Assembly (NCBI GenBank): GCA_024137785.1
Contig: JAHRHZ010000069.1
Coordinates: 11,640,653 to 11,704,652 of the forward strand
Direction of reading: 5' to 3'
DNA: 64,000 nucleotides
From: Ginglymostoma cirratum
Lineage: Eukaryota
Each line of letters begins with the position of its first letter. Positions within the stretch are counted from its first letter, which is position 1. The notes under the pieces are model-generated. The model made no database searches. It saw only the letters and a program-made list of their open reading frames with translations, and had not been told where the DNA came from. A program made the translations under genes and the position numbers. Positions 49,360-62,539 of the stretch are shown piece by piece.

Positions 49360-51190
49360 GGGAGATTTTACAATCTAACAAATTTGGTTGATTTTTTTTT
49401 TTCAGGAATTGATTGTGGTGTGGATGAGAGTAATGCAGTTGATGTCGTCTACATGGGCTGCAGTAAGGCTTTTGATAAGGCCTCACATGACAGGCTTGTT
49501 AAGAACCTAAGAGCCCATCGTATCCCGGGCAGTTGGGCAAATTGGATCCAAAATTGCTTCAGTGACAGGAAGCAGGTGGTGATAACCAAAGGCTGTGCCC
49601 TTTGGCATATCATAGGTTCCAATGCTAGGTCCCTTGCTGTTAATGTATATATGAATGATCCAGACATGAATGTGGGAGTTGTGATCAGTAAGTTCACAAA
49701 TCCGATGAAAATTGGTAGTGTGGTAAATAGCGAAGAGGAAAGCCTTAGACTACAGGACTATGTAAAATTTAGCTCCTGAAGAGTATGAGGAGATGCATTT
49801 TGTGTGGAATAACCCAGCGAGAGTGCACATGATAAGTGGTGAGATCCAGGAATACAGCATTTCAGGGGGACCTTGGTGTGCATGTCTGCAGTTCCTGAAG
49901 GCAGCACGAGAGCTGATAATGTGCTTAAGAAAGCATATGGGATACTTTATTGGTTAAGGCATTAGGTACAAGAACATGGTTAAGCTGTATATTATGTTAT
50001 TTAGATCCCACCTGGAGTAATTTATGCAGGTCTTGCCATCACACTATCGGAAGCAATTGCATTATTGGAGAGGATACAGAAGAGGTTCACTGAATGCAGC
50101 CTGGGCTGGAACGATTCAGCTATGAAGAGAGACTAGATATGTTGGGGTTGTTTTCCAAAGAGTAGAGAAAGCTGGGGTGGGATCTGATGGAGATTACAAA
50201 GCTTTGATATTAAGGGGTAGATAGGGAGGTACACTTCCCCTTAGCAGATGGATCTATAACTAGGAGCACAGCTTTAACTAAGGAGCAAAGATAACAAGAA
50301 CTGCAGATGCTGGAGTCAGAGCTGACACAGTGTGGAGGTGGAGGAACACAGCAGGTCAGGCAGCATCAGAGGAACAGGAAAGTTGATGTTTTGGGTCGGG
50401 ACCCTTCTTCAGAAATGGGGAGGGGAAAGGGAGCTGGGAAATAAATAGAGAGAGGAGGGGTGGGGCTGGGGAAGATAGGTGGGGATGGTGATAGGTGAGT
50501 GCAGGTCGGGAATAGTGGGGATTGGTCAGTGACGTGGGCGGAGCAGACAGGTGGGAGAGAAGATGGACAGGTTGTGTCAGGTCAAGGAGGCGGGAATGAG
50601 AGGGAGGGTTGGAAATAGGATGAGGATGGGGGTGGGGAAATTTTAAAACAGATGAAATCCATTTAAGGCCATTTGGCTGTAGGCACCCAAGGCAGAATAT
50701 GAGGTGTTGCTCCTCCAGTTTGTGGGTGGTGTCATTGTGACACTGGAGGAGGCCCAGGATAGACATGTCATCCAGGGAGTGGGAAGGGCGAGTTAAAATG
50801 GTTTGTTGTTGTTTGTTGTGTACAGAGCGCAGATGTTCTACAAAACGATCTTCAAGTCTATGCTTGGTCTCACTGAAGTAGAGGAGGCCATATCGGGAGC
50901 AGCGGATACAGTAAACCAAGTTGACGGATGTCACAGGAAGGTTAGAGGGGATTTGAAGAAACGGGCTTGTGGGTATCTGGAACACACTTCTCGAAAGGAT
51001 GGTCGTGGCAGAAACTCTAAAGATATTTGAGAACGATTGAGTTGAGCACTTGAAATGCGTTAGTATACAAGGCTACAGACCAAGAGTTGGAAAATGGATT
51101 TAGAATAGATAGATATTTGATAATCACCCCACACACAATGGGCTGAGTGATCTTTTTCTCCCCTTCTGTAAAAGCTCTATGACTGTCTAA
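49360..51190 (+). mobile_element. CR1 LINE fragment interrupted by a Penelope insertion
   Basis: AVDVVYMGCSKAFDKASHDRL in ORF 49354-49779. The sequence resumes after 50935 (ggaaggttagaggggatttgaag). Confidence 0.85.
50290..50935 (-). mobile_element. Penelope-like 3' fragment nested in CR1
   Basis: ORF 50356-50985 reads NLVYCIRCSRYGLLYFSETKHRLEDRFVEH. A decayed hammerhead-like motif lies at 50385-50412. Confidence 0.88.
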
Positions 51191-51737
51191 TGCCATAATC
51201 TAATCAGATTGAATGATGGAGTAGCTTGAGAGGTCAAATGGCCTACTCCTGCCCGGATTTGTTACATTTTCTAATAAACAAATAAATAAAATTACATATG
51301 ATGGACGCATTAAATAATTATTTTGCAATAGTATGAGCAGGAGAAGACTCAGTGAGTACGCCAAGCTTCCATGGAATCCAATGTCGAGTCAGGAGCAGGA
51401 ACATCAAAAAAAGTCATAGAATCCCTACAGTGTAGAAGAAGGCTAGTCAGCCCATCGAGTGTACACCGTGAGCCACCATGCCGCCTAATAATAACAGTGA
51501 AGCAAGTAACAGTATTAAAGAGTGTACAGTGCCCAAGATCAGTAGGTTTCCAACACTGCACTGATAGAAAGTAGGTAAAAGCACTGGGAATGTCATAAGC
51601 AGTAAGGAGGATACTGATTAATTTCATCAGGCCACAGAGAGTGGTGAAATGGGCAGAAAACATTGTAGTTGTCATACAATGCAGAAAAGTATAAAGTGGT
51701 TTGCTTTGAGGGGAAAAATGATGAGGGGTGGTTCAGT

Positions 51738-52095
51738 GGCATTATAGCTCTGTGGTTAGCCCTACTGCCTTACAGAGCCAGACACGTGGGTTTGATTCCA
51801 GCCTTGGTTGACTGTCGATGTGGAGTTTGCATGTTCTCCGCCTGTCTGCATGGGTTTCCTCTGGGTAATCCAGTTTCCTTCCACAGTCCAGAGATGTTCA
51901 GGTTAAGTGAATTGACCATGCTAAATTGCCCCATAATGTTCAGGGATGTGCAGGCTAGGTGGATTAGCTATGGGAAATGCAGGATTACAAGGATAGGGTA
52001 GGGGGGTGTATCTGGGTGGAGTGCCCTTCAGAGGGTCACTGTGGACTTGATGGGTCGAATGACCTGTTTCCACAGTGTAGGGATTCTATGGTTCT
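51738..52095 (+). mobile_element. HE1-type V-SINE
   Basis: Head, V-domain and tail cacagtgtagggattctatggttcta. Confidence 0.85.
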
Positions 52096-52249
52096 AGGTA
52101 ATATGAATGTGTTAGTATAATTTTAATGATGGATAAGAAGAGTGAGATATAAACATGTATGTACAGTAAAAGTGACAGGAAGCATTGAGAATGCTATTAA
52201 AAAGACATACAGAATCTTTGGCTTTATAAATAGGAGAAATTTGAACCCC

Positions 52250-52410
52250 AGCTTTGAGAGCGGTGCTCCTTCATCAGGCTCTTTCACCTAATGAAGGAGC
52301 AGCACTCTGAAAGTTTGTGATTTCAGATAAACCTGTGGGACTGTAGCCTGGTGTCGTGTGATATCTGACCTTATCCACCCCAATCCAACACTGGCACCTC
52401 CACATCATGG
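52250..52410 (+). mobile_element. Penelope-type pLTR with inverted duplication of its hammerhead-like motif
   Basis: Arms 52250-52278 and 52287-52315 are inverted repeats (24/29 match). Their consensus is CAC-CUGAUGA-A-GGAGC-agc-GCUCY-GAAA-GY-U.-GUG. Confidence 0.6.
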
Positions 52411-54639
52411 CAACCTGCTCATAAGGTGTGTTGGAAATTTAAATTCAATAATCATATATTTAAATTGTCATTGTCCGTACTGGTATTCAATGAAATTTGT
52501 AAAACCATGTGTCAGCTTCAAACAGATTGGCGACTTATTGGATTCAGGAGGTAACTGCCTTTACGCCTACCTCCCGGAAGTGTGTCAGCCTGACAAACCT
52601 CTTCAATCAAGCACAATCCAAACAAGTTTCTCCCAGGGCCCAAACCTACTAAGTGGCTTTTGTGCTACCCTAACTCAACCTGTTACGGTCTGCTGAACTC
52701 TCTGATTTCCCCCTTCTCCATTTCCCCAGGGCTGCAAGTGTTGTCCTCCCACCCAGAAAGACACCTGATTTCCCCAAACCCACTCCCTCCCATCCCTTAT
52801 GTCCTTCCACATCAGAATTTACAGGTCACCCAATTGACCCAACTCTGCCATGATTTCCCGTAAGGACTGTAACCAGAAGGCACTGACTTCAGATGGTTGA
52901 CAATAGAGTATGAGTATGCAGAAAGATTTTTACCTGGTGAGTTGTCAGAATCTGTAATGCAGTGCTGAAGAGGGTGGTGGAAGCAGATTTAATATGGATT
53001 TTTAGAAGGGAATTTTATAGATACATGGAAAGAAACATTTTAAAAAGTCATATTATGGGCTATGTTGCAAGTACAGGGGAGTGGGATCTATTAATGAGCA
53101 TCCTCAAAAAGTGCACATCAATGAGCTCCTTTCCGTGTTGTACCATTAGGACTGTATGATGTGCGAGTTTATTTGTAATGTGTAATGTCAGTTACAACCT
53201 GCTTCAATGATAATCTCATTACATTACACTTTATAAATTGCCCAGCATAGACATTACTCGGGAGGCATCCTAATGGTGCCTGTTGATGATGCAAAATAAA
53301 AAAAAATCATTAAACTTGCTTCAACAAGGCGCTTATGAAAATAAACATTTCACTTATGTGCTTAACCTTAAGTATTTAATCCCTTATGTCAACAAATACT
53401 TGCTTTCAAGAAGCAAGTGAAGTTGTCCTCAAAATACTCTCTTGATAGATATCCCATCGTGAAAGTGGTAGGTTGGGAAATCAGCCTTGCAGCAAACACT
53501 ATATTGTGTTTTAAGGTGAGCATTCACTTTTAAATACCTAAAGCATTCTTTTTTAAACTCCAGACTTCTGTTTTTGATGGTCCCTTGGCAGCGTGGCTAG
53601 TCCCAATGACATTACTCATTTTTGTTTTCACACAAGCAGCATTTTCACAATCCCAAAAAGTGCTCGTCTCTCCCAAAGGATGACTTTGCTCCAGCAAAAG
53701 TATCCTGAGGCCAGATCCAAAGCGGGGCCTTAACTCTCTAAAAGCGGAAAATACAACCTCGTCACACCCAACTGCTCCTACTCTGACATATTACCCATGT
53801 CAACCTGTCCAATCTAGTGCCTTCTAAGCATCCCCTAGCCCCTTATGTTACCTGTGTCTGCTTTATACCTGCAACCCTTTCTTCCTTCAACTACCAGGCA
53901 AATGCATTACAGATTCACAAATACCGATGAACCTAGGAAAATAAATCTAGTTCCATGACTTAAATTTTTACGGTATGGGCTTCACGCTATTGAAAATAGC
54001 ACTGTCATTAATAAAAATACATATTGATACTTGTTGATTCTAGACATCTTTTGACAAATTGGATGCATCCAAGGGGTTTATGCATGTTCTTCACACAATC
54101 CTGCCTCTAGTTAACAGTCTGAAAGACCACATCATTAACCCTCCAGCCCCTCCATCCCCTCCACCCCAACAGTGGAACAAAATCCCAGATTACTCCCAAA
54201 AGATACTTGGTGCCACCACACAAGGATGCCAGACACCAACCCACCAAGGTCTCTTGGGATCACGTCCACATCAGCTCGCTGAAGGGATACCTGATGATCC
54301 AAAAAGGAAAGTGCACTGAGAACAGGTCTGCTCTTGCATGGTCTAAGCTCTACACTCTGGATTCCAGACACCAGGTACTCCAAAATCCAATGTCCCTGCA
54401 GGCATCTGGCCATCTGAATTGCTAGTTACCTTGTGGAACTGCACATGTGTGAAATGAGGGGCTGGCCCTGCAAAAATGAGAAATTCCAGGCATAGGGACA
54501 GAAGGTGGAATTCCTGGCTTCTGGCAATTTCACTACAACAGAGACATCCACCATCCTGGCAAAACCCTGGCCATAACTGTCCTTGCAGGAATGAGCTTAA
54601 ATAGAAGTACACTAGCATGTCTTCAGTCCAGATATATAT

Positions 54640-56070
54640 TGTGCAAAAACTAGCATTGTTTAAGAAGGGAGCAAAGGATAAACCAGGAAATGACACACCA
54701 GTCAGTCTAACCTTGATGGGGAAAATATTGGAAGCTATTCTGAGGAAAAGAATTAATCTGCATTTGAAGAGGCAGGGATTAATCGAACAATCAGCATGCT
54801 TTTGTTAAGGGAGGTCATGCCGGGCTAACTTGATTGAATTTTTCGAAGAGGTAACTGGGTGTATTGATCAGGGCAATGCTTTTGATGTAGCCTACTTGGA
54901 GTTCAGCAAGGCTTTTGATAAGTTCTCACATGGGAGACCAATTGTGAAGGTGAGAGCTCATGAGATCCAAGGAAATTTGGCAAACTGGATCCACAATTGG
55001 CTGGATGGCCGGAAGCAGAGGATGATGGTTGAGGCATGTTTTTCCAACTGGATCTCTCTGTCCTGTGGGTTCCCACAGGAGGTCAGAGTTGAAGCCGTTG
55101 TTGTTTGCAGTTGATATAAATGATTTAGAATTGAATGTTGGAGGATTGATCAGTAATTTCCCAAATATAAAAATTGGTGAGTAGTAAATCATGAGGAGGA
55201 TAACCTTAGAGTACAAGAGGATATGGATGGGCTGGTCAGATTGGCTGATCAGTAGCAAATGGAATTCAATCTGGATAAATGTGAGGTGATACACCTGAGC
55301 AGGACAAACAAGGCAGGGGAATACATGATAAGTGGTGGGACCCTGGGAAGCTCCAAAGATCGGAGGGACCTTGGTGTGCATATACACCAGTTCCTTAAAA
55401 TATCAGGACAGGTTGATAAAATGGCGAAGCAGACGTACAGTACATTTGCCTTTACTTGACGAGACATAGAGTTTAAGAGTGGGGAGGTTAAGCTGGAACT
55501 GTATAAAATACAGGTTAGGCCACAACTGAAGTATTGTGTGCAGTTTTGAAATCCACACCACAAGAGGGATATGAAAGCACTAGAAAGGGTGCAGAGGAGG
55601 TTTACCAGGATGTTGCCTGGGCTGCAGAGCTTCAGTTGTGAAGAGAGATTGGTTAGACTGGGGCTGTTTTCCTTGGAGTAGATGAGATTGAGAGGGTAAG
55701 ATTGATGTGTATAAAATTATGAGGGGCATAGATGGGGTGGACAGGAAAAAACTTTTTCCCTTGTTCGAGGGATCAGTGATCAGGGGACATAGTTTTAAGG
55801 TAAGGGGCAGAAGATTTAGAGGGCGTGTGAGGAAAATCCTTCACACCCAGATGGTGGTGGAATTTGGAACTTACTGCCGGTAAGGCTGGAAGATGCAGAA
55901 ACCCATACAACATTTAAGAAGTATTTAGGTGTGTACTTGTAATGACAAGCGATACATGACTGTGCTGGGAAATGGGATGAGAACAGTTAGATGGTTGTTT
56001 TTGACTGGCACAGACATATTGGGCCAAAGGGCCTTTTTTCTGTGCTGTGGACCTCGACGACTCGATGACA
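54640..56070 (+). mobile_element. CR1 LINE ORF2 3' part with 3' UTR
   Basis: LFKKGAKDKPGN, FDVAYLEFSKAFDK, MEFNLDKCEVIH..RDLGV; 3' end gggccaaagggcc..tgtgctgt. Confidence 0.9.
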
Positions 56071-57954
56071 CCAATTGTCTGGAAATCTTTTGAACAGACC
56101 CAAACAACCCTCTCGACTCCCTTCTTGACTGTTTAATTCAGCACTTAGAGAGCCGAAATATGGGACAGAGATTGTATCTGGATAAATCAAGCAATGTTTA
56201 TTGCTGTTTTGTAATATTTGTCACTGTTTTAAGTTTAAGGTAAATGTTATTTTCTTTGACGTTTTTTCAGTTTGAGCATTTGCAGTTAGGCATTCTAACA
56301 ATGTTCTATAATCCAGAAAACAAAATGACAGGGTCAAGGGAAAAATTGACAAGGTACAATCATGACTTGCTGAGTATCATTCTGGACTGGGGAAGTTTTA
56401 GTTTGTTGCATATTTTCCCAGAAATGGTGCAACAAGGTTTTTTTATATTTTCCAAGCATTTTAATTCAGAGTGAGGATCATTTTCATTTAAGGGTGTGTG
56501 TAAAGGCAATAAGACTGTTTTGCCGAAAGTGTTGCTGACTCAAATATCATGATTTACAAGTTTTGACAAAGCAATTTAAATGTAAATCCTTGTGTAAAAT
56601 AATATGGTATTCAGCATTTTTGGACGATACTAAGTTGGCAGTTTTTTGGAAATAACTTTCGACAGCAGTGATGCCTTTTCTCGACAAATTTCTTTGAAGG
56701 TTGCACTTTGTGGTGCATTTTCATTTCACAGTGGTACTAAAATTGCAGTATAGCTGTGTAGTTGGGTATTGATATACTCGAGAGAGAAATGCTGTGTGAC
56801 TCCTTGAGGGCGAACATATCATGCAGACTAAATGTGATGTTGCATGCAGTATTACCCAAGTGCCATATCAAACCTAATTTGCATAATTCAGAGGGGTCCC
56901 CTGCACCTCCATGACTCCAATTAAACTTGCCTGCGGTTAATTTAAATATTCAGTGATATAGATACTCCTTTCCATTGTTCCCAAATTATTCATGCTTTAA
57001 TGACAGAACTTCCTTCTGGGCAGCAGTTACAATCAGGCAGTTAAACCAGTCTCAATCCTTAGTGGAATATAAATAGGACACGAGGGATATTTTTATTTGG
57101 GTCATATTTTGTTTTTCTGTTGCCTCATTTAGAACCCATTCAAGGCAAAATAATAAAACAGTCTTTAGGACTACATTAGATTGGAAAAAGCAAAATGCTA
57201 TAAAATCAGCAGGTTAAAGACAAATAGTTTAGCACGATGAAGCAGAGTCATTATTTTGAATACAGTTTGATTTTATCTTGAAAATGGAGCTGGTCGAGCA
57301 AAAAAAAAATCAGTTATTTATTATCTTAAAAATTTGCAGTTTTTTTTAAAAAATACTGAATCCATATATCAGGTGAATTAATGTTGAACCAATTTCACTT
57401 CCAAATTTATAATTTTTGGGAGGTGCTACATTTAAAGTGATCAAATCCAGATACCAGTAGGAAAGTGCAATTGGAATTACCATTAAAGCAAACACTTAAC
57501 GGACATTGCACAGGCTATATAAGGCTCCTGTCCCTCGACACTTAGTCTCTGCTGGAAAATGAACCTAGGCTGAGGGCAAGTTCAGGCTCATTTGTGGTCC
57601 ATCCCATTGTATGCATGTTGACAATTTGTCCCTATAGTTTACAAATGCATAAAAATTAAAGCATTGTGAAATAACAGATCTTAAAATAAATCTACACCAT
57701 GGCATTATCAAAAATCAGTGAACTGATGAGAAGCAAATTGTATACAGTGGAGGTCTATAAAATGTTTAAATGGTTTTGTCAGCCACTTTCATCACTAGAT
57801 AATTCCTCTTTTCATATCTTTAATCCCTCCCAACAAAATCAAGTGTTAATTAAAAAGGGATAGCTGTCACTTTAAATTTGTGTTGAAGCTTAGCAGCGCT
57901 GTGTATTGAGTGTTTTGAGCTTGAGTTTTTAAAATAAATACCAAATTAAAAAGG

Positions 57955-58280
57955 GGTGGCACAGTGGCTCAGTGGTTAGCACTGCTGCCTCACAGCACCA
58001 GGGACCTGGGTTTGATTCCACCCTCAGGTGACTGTCTGTGTGGAGTCTGCACATTCTCACTGTGTCTGCATGGGTTTTCTCCAGGTGCTCCAGATTCCTC
58101 CCACAGTCCAAGGATGTGCAAGTTAGGTGGATTGGCCATGTTAAATTGCCCATAGCATCGAGGGTGGCAAATACAGGGATGGTGATGGGGAGGTGGGTCT
58201 GGGTGAGATGCTCCTCAGGGGCTCAGTGTGGACTTGATAGGCTGAATGGCCTCTTCCACACTGTAGGGATTCTATGATAA
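57955..58280 (+). mobile_element. HE1-type V-SINE, full length
   Basis: gtggcacagtggctcagtggttagcactgctgcctcacagcaccagggacctgggtttgattcc (A/B boxes), V-domain, tail cacactgtagggattctatga. Confidence 0.92.
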
Positions 58281-60620
58281 TAGTTAGCTCGTAAGTGTTT
58301 GAATTTTCCATTATTCGCAAAATAAGAAATGGAGCAATATCTTAATTATGGCACGGGAGAAGTAGGCTTTCTGCACACTGTAAAAACGGTAAAAGACAGA
58401 CATCTGTTCCACCTAAAAAAAAATCAACAGGAAGCAAAATTTAGGAATAGGAGTAAAAAAAAACTTTTCTGACAGACCATACAAAAATCACACTGGGTCA
58501 AAGAAGACAAGTCACTAACCAGCTGACTAAGCTAAAATTGAAACTTTTTCCTGAAAAGAAATAAGACAGCCAGATGATTTTGGATATCAGAGACTTAATA
58601 TAAGTGTTAAGATTCTGCTGAAGTGCTGTACAGAGTGGAGCATGATTTTGAGGAAGATGGACAGGCATATTCCTGTACACCTTGCTCGTATAATGAAATA
58701 GCCATATCAATATCAGCCTTGTCCAGCTCAGCAGCAGTGCAGTTCCTTTGCAGACAATTTTTATAGCCTGTAACTCAGCTTCAGTGTGCTGATGCTTAAA
58801 GTCAGAGTTAACCATCACTTGCTGCACTGGTGCCATAGTTATGAGAAATCTGGTCACTTGCTCCCACAGTGCGTTGTTTTGAATTATTTTTATGTTCACT
58901 GCAACTGAGGATTAATTTTGTGAGACAATGCGAATGACCAAAATGATTTCTGTCTGCACCCTGTTGCCATACACCTAATTAAGGAAAGAAATTCTCTACA
59001 CACGTTTTTAAAATTCTGACATATATTTAGCCATTTCCTTGTATTTGGCTCTGGGGAGCATGATTACCCAGAACAGTCGGGCTCATTAAAAATAGATGAG
59101 ACATTTGAGCAGAATTCTTACCATGAAAGGAAATGTTAGTGGAGGGAAATGTAGAAAGAATCTTGCATTTACCTCTACATCACTTTTGTGCAATTAAACT
59201 GTTCTTCTCCATAACGGGTACATTATATGTCTAGTTCAGTATAGTGAATGACTGGAATGAATCGTGACAGGTGGTATCTGTTTAGCATGCATTATTGACA
59301 TGTTTATAGCCTGTTCTTGTATGACACTGTCTATTATCCATGCTTTCTACTTCACTGTTTATAGAATATATCATATTCTGTAGCATAAGTAGCATATCAA
59401 TCAGTTATGTAGGGATAACAAAATTTTATTACGAGTCACAACAGCTTTTAACATTGGAACAGTCTGCCACTTCCAGAATGGATTGAAGAATATTCAACAG
59501 GAAAAATATGCTCCCAAGCATTATGATCACCCTCTCATATATTTTTTGTTGTGTCCAAGATAGAATGGTGTCGGGTTCCGGAGTGGACTACTTGACCTGG
59601 GATGGCGTTGCATGGTGGTATCTACATGATATCAGGTGTAAGAGGATGTCTGCGAATATTGCGGACATTAGTGAAACCTTGTTCACTGACTGCAAATTCC
59701 TAATTTGAACCAATGCCCTTTTATTGTGCCCTCTTGATCCTTTAAAGATTGCCGCATACTTGACCCAAGCTGGAGGCTAGCTCAGCCTGGGACCTGAATG
59801 GTTACGTGAGGGCAGGAAATCAATGAACTGTGGTAGAGCAACCAGTTGGGGCTCCCATTCACTGAGGCTTGAACCTGAAAATAATTTCCAATGTTGGCAT
59901 TTGTGAAATAACAAGAGCGTCTTCTGATCAAAGTGGAAGTCTCCCCACATGAGCAAGATGCCTGTACCATTATGCGAAGTCTTGTATAGCTTTGGAGGTC
60001 ATTTTTGATCCATTATTTGTGAAGTCAACTGTAAGGTGGTGAATGCATTGACCACAGGAAATACATTATTTAACAGTGGAAGGATAATTTGGCAAAGTAG
60101 ACTAATGAGTCTCACATCCACAGAGATTTAAGGACATAGCCATCTAAAGAAGGTTACTGTACTCTTCATGAAGTAATATATCTCTTAGAGTATTGCAAGG
60201 AAACAACAAATGTATCAGACTGACGGAACACAGTTTATTTCAATATTTTGATTTTTGAAAAGTAGCTGTGCAAATAATGTTTTCACATCTTTGGATAGCA
60301 AGGAATAAGCGCAGTCAATTGGAAATTGAAAGGATCAGGTTTAAAACAAAAAGCGTAGCTGTATCTTGAGCTGTATTAGCATGATAGGAGGTGATCAGCA
60401 AGCTGCTTTGGAGATCAGTTTGGAGGGTTTGTTTTGATTGGATACAATAATGTGCATTTATAATGTACCAGCAATGTAAAAAGTATTCCAAGGTTTTTGG
60501 GGGAGGTAAAGTATGAAAGAAACGAAGAAATTGAATTACAGAAAGTTTACGACGCAAAAATAGTCCACTTGATCCATTGTGACTGAGCAGCGGAAGAGTG
60601 AGTCACCCAGCCTAATCCTG

Positions 60621-62539
60621 GATAACAAGGTGTGGAGCTGGATGAACACAGCAGGCCAAGCAGCATCATAGGAGCAGGAAAGCTTGACGTTTCGGGCCTA
60701 GACCCTTCATGAGAAATGGGGGAGGGGAAGAGGGTTCTGAAATAAATAGGGAGAGAGGGGGAGGCAGATAGAAGATGGATAAAGGAGAGGATAGGTGGAG
60801 AGGAGGCAGACAAGTCAAAGAGGCGGGGATGGAGCCAGTGAAGGTGAGTGTAGGTGGGGAGGTAGGGAGGAGATAGGTCAGTCCAGGGAGGACGGACAGG
60901 TCAAGGGCGTGGGATGAGGTTAGTAGGTAGGAGATGGGAGTGGGGCTTGAGGTGGGAGGAGGGGATAGGTGAGAGGAAGAACAGGTTAGGGAGGCAGGGA
61001 CGAGCTGGGCTGGTTTTGGGATGCGGTTGGGGGAGGGGAGATTTTGAAGCTTGTGAAATCCACATTGATACTATTAGGCTGCAGGGTTCCCAAGGTGAAT
61101 ATGATTTGCTGTTCCTGCAGCCTTCGGGTAGCATCATTGTGGCACTGCAGGAGGCCCAGGATGGACATGTCGTCTGAGGAATGGGAAGGGGAGTTGAAAT
61201 GGTTCGCGACTGGGAGGTGCAGTTGTTTGTTGCGAACTGAGCGCAGGTGTTCTGCAAAACGGTCCCCAAGCCTCCGCTTGGTTTCCCCAATGTAGAGGAA
61301 GCCACAACGGGTACAGCAGATGCAGTATACCACATTGGCAGATGTGCAGGTGAACATCTGCCTGATGTGGAAAGTCTTCTTGGGGCCTGGGATTGGGGTG
61401 AGGGAGGAGGTGTGGGGGCAGGTGTAGCACTTCCTGCGGTTGCAAGGAAAAGTGCCGGGTGTGGTGGGGCTGGAGTGGAGTGTGGAGCGGACAAGGGAGT
61501 CATGGAGAGAGTGGTCCCTCCGGAAAGCAGACAAGGGTGGGGAGGGAAAAATGTCTTTGGTGGTGGGGTCGGATTGCAGATGGCGGAAGTGTTGGAGGAT
61601 GATGTGTTGGATCCGGAGGTTGGTGGGGTGGTATGTGAGGACGAGGGGGATTCTTTTTTGGTTTTTATTGCGGGGAGGGGGTGTGAGGGATGAGTTGCGG
61701 GAAATGCGGGAGACACGGTCGAGGGCGTTCTCGACCACTGCCGGGGGGAAGTTGCGGTCCTTGAAGAACGAGGACATCTGAGATGTACGGGAGTGGAATG
61801 CCTCATCCTTGGACCAGATGCAGCGGAGGCGAAGGAATTGGGAATCGGGATGGCATTTTTGCAGGAAAGTGGGTGGGAGGAGGTGTATTCTAGGTAGCTG
61901 TGGGAGTCAGTGGGCTTGAAATGGATATCGGTTTCTAGGTGGTTACCCGAGATGGAGACAGAGAGGTCCAGGCAGGAGAGAGAGGTGTTTGAGATGGTCC
62001 AGGTGAACTTCAGGTTGGGGTGGAAGGTGTTGGTGAGGTGGATGAACTGTTCGAGCTCCTCGTGGGAGCACGAGGCGGCGCCGATACAGTCATCAATGTA
62101 ACGGAGGAAGAGGTGGGGTTTAGGGCCAGTGTAGGTACGGAAGAGGGATTGTTCCACGTAACCTACAAAGAGGCAGGCATAGCTTGGGCCCTTGCGGGTA
62201 CCCATGGCCACCCCCTTTGTCTGTAGGAAGTGGGAGGAATTGAAAGAGAAGTTGTTGAGGGTGAGGATGAGTTCGGCTAAGTGGATGAGGGTGTCAGTGG
62301 AGGGGGATTGGTCAGGTCTGCGGGACAGGAAGAAGCGGAGGGCCTTTAGGCCATCTGCATGGGGAATACAGGTGTATAGAGACTGGACGTCCATAGTAAA
62401 AATGAGGTGTTGGGGACCGGGTTTTCTTGTATGAGGAAACTGAGATAACAAGGTGTAGAGCTGGATGAACACAGCAGGCCAAGCAGCATCAGAGGAGCAG
62501 GAAAGCTGACGTTTCGGGCCTCGACCCTTCTTCAGAAAA
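60621..62539 (-). mobile_element. Young Penelope-like element: RT + GIY-YIG with one frameshift, 3' pLTR, and an extra upstream pLTR piece (62441-62539)
   Basis: ORF 60901-62472 has TMDVQSLYT, GVAMGT and RYIDD. ORF 60986-61777 has VVYCICC..LYIGETKRRLGDRFAEH. A ~97-bp direct repeat lies at 60621-60717 and 62444-62539. Confidence 0.95.
62508..62535 (-). ncRNA. Minimal hammerhead-ribozyme-like motif, intact core
   Basis: CUGAAGA-A-GGG(ucgagg)CCC-GAAA-CG-UC, with palindromic ACGU in place of helix III. Confidence 0.6.

Noticed and set aside
57120-57185. Acceptor catttag followed by EPIQGKII.. as the Ig6 exon
   Set aside because: Stops after about 15 codons, with no Ig cysteine and no donor.
57955-58030. 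tRNA gene
   Set aside because: It is the tRNA-derived head of a V-SINE, continuing into the V-domain and LINE tail, with seven similar copies in the window.
60901-62472. 523-aa ORF as a host gene
   Set aside because: It is Penelope RT running out of frame into Pro/Ser-rich sequence after a frameshift, and its start comes from the pLTR piece.
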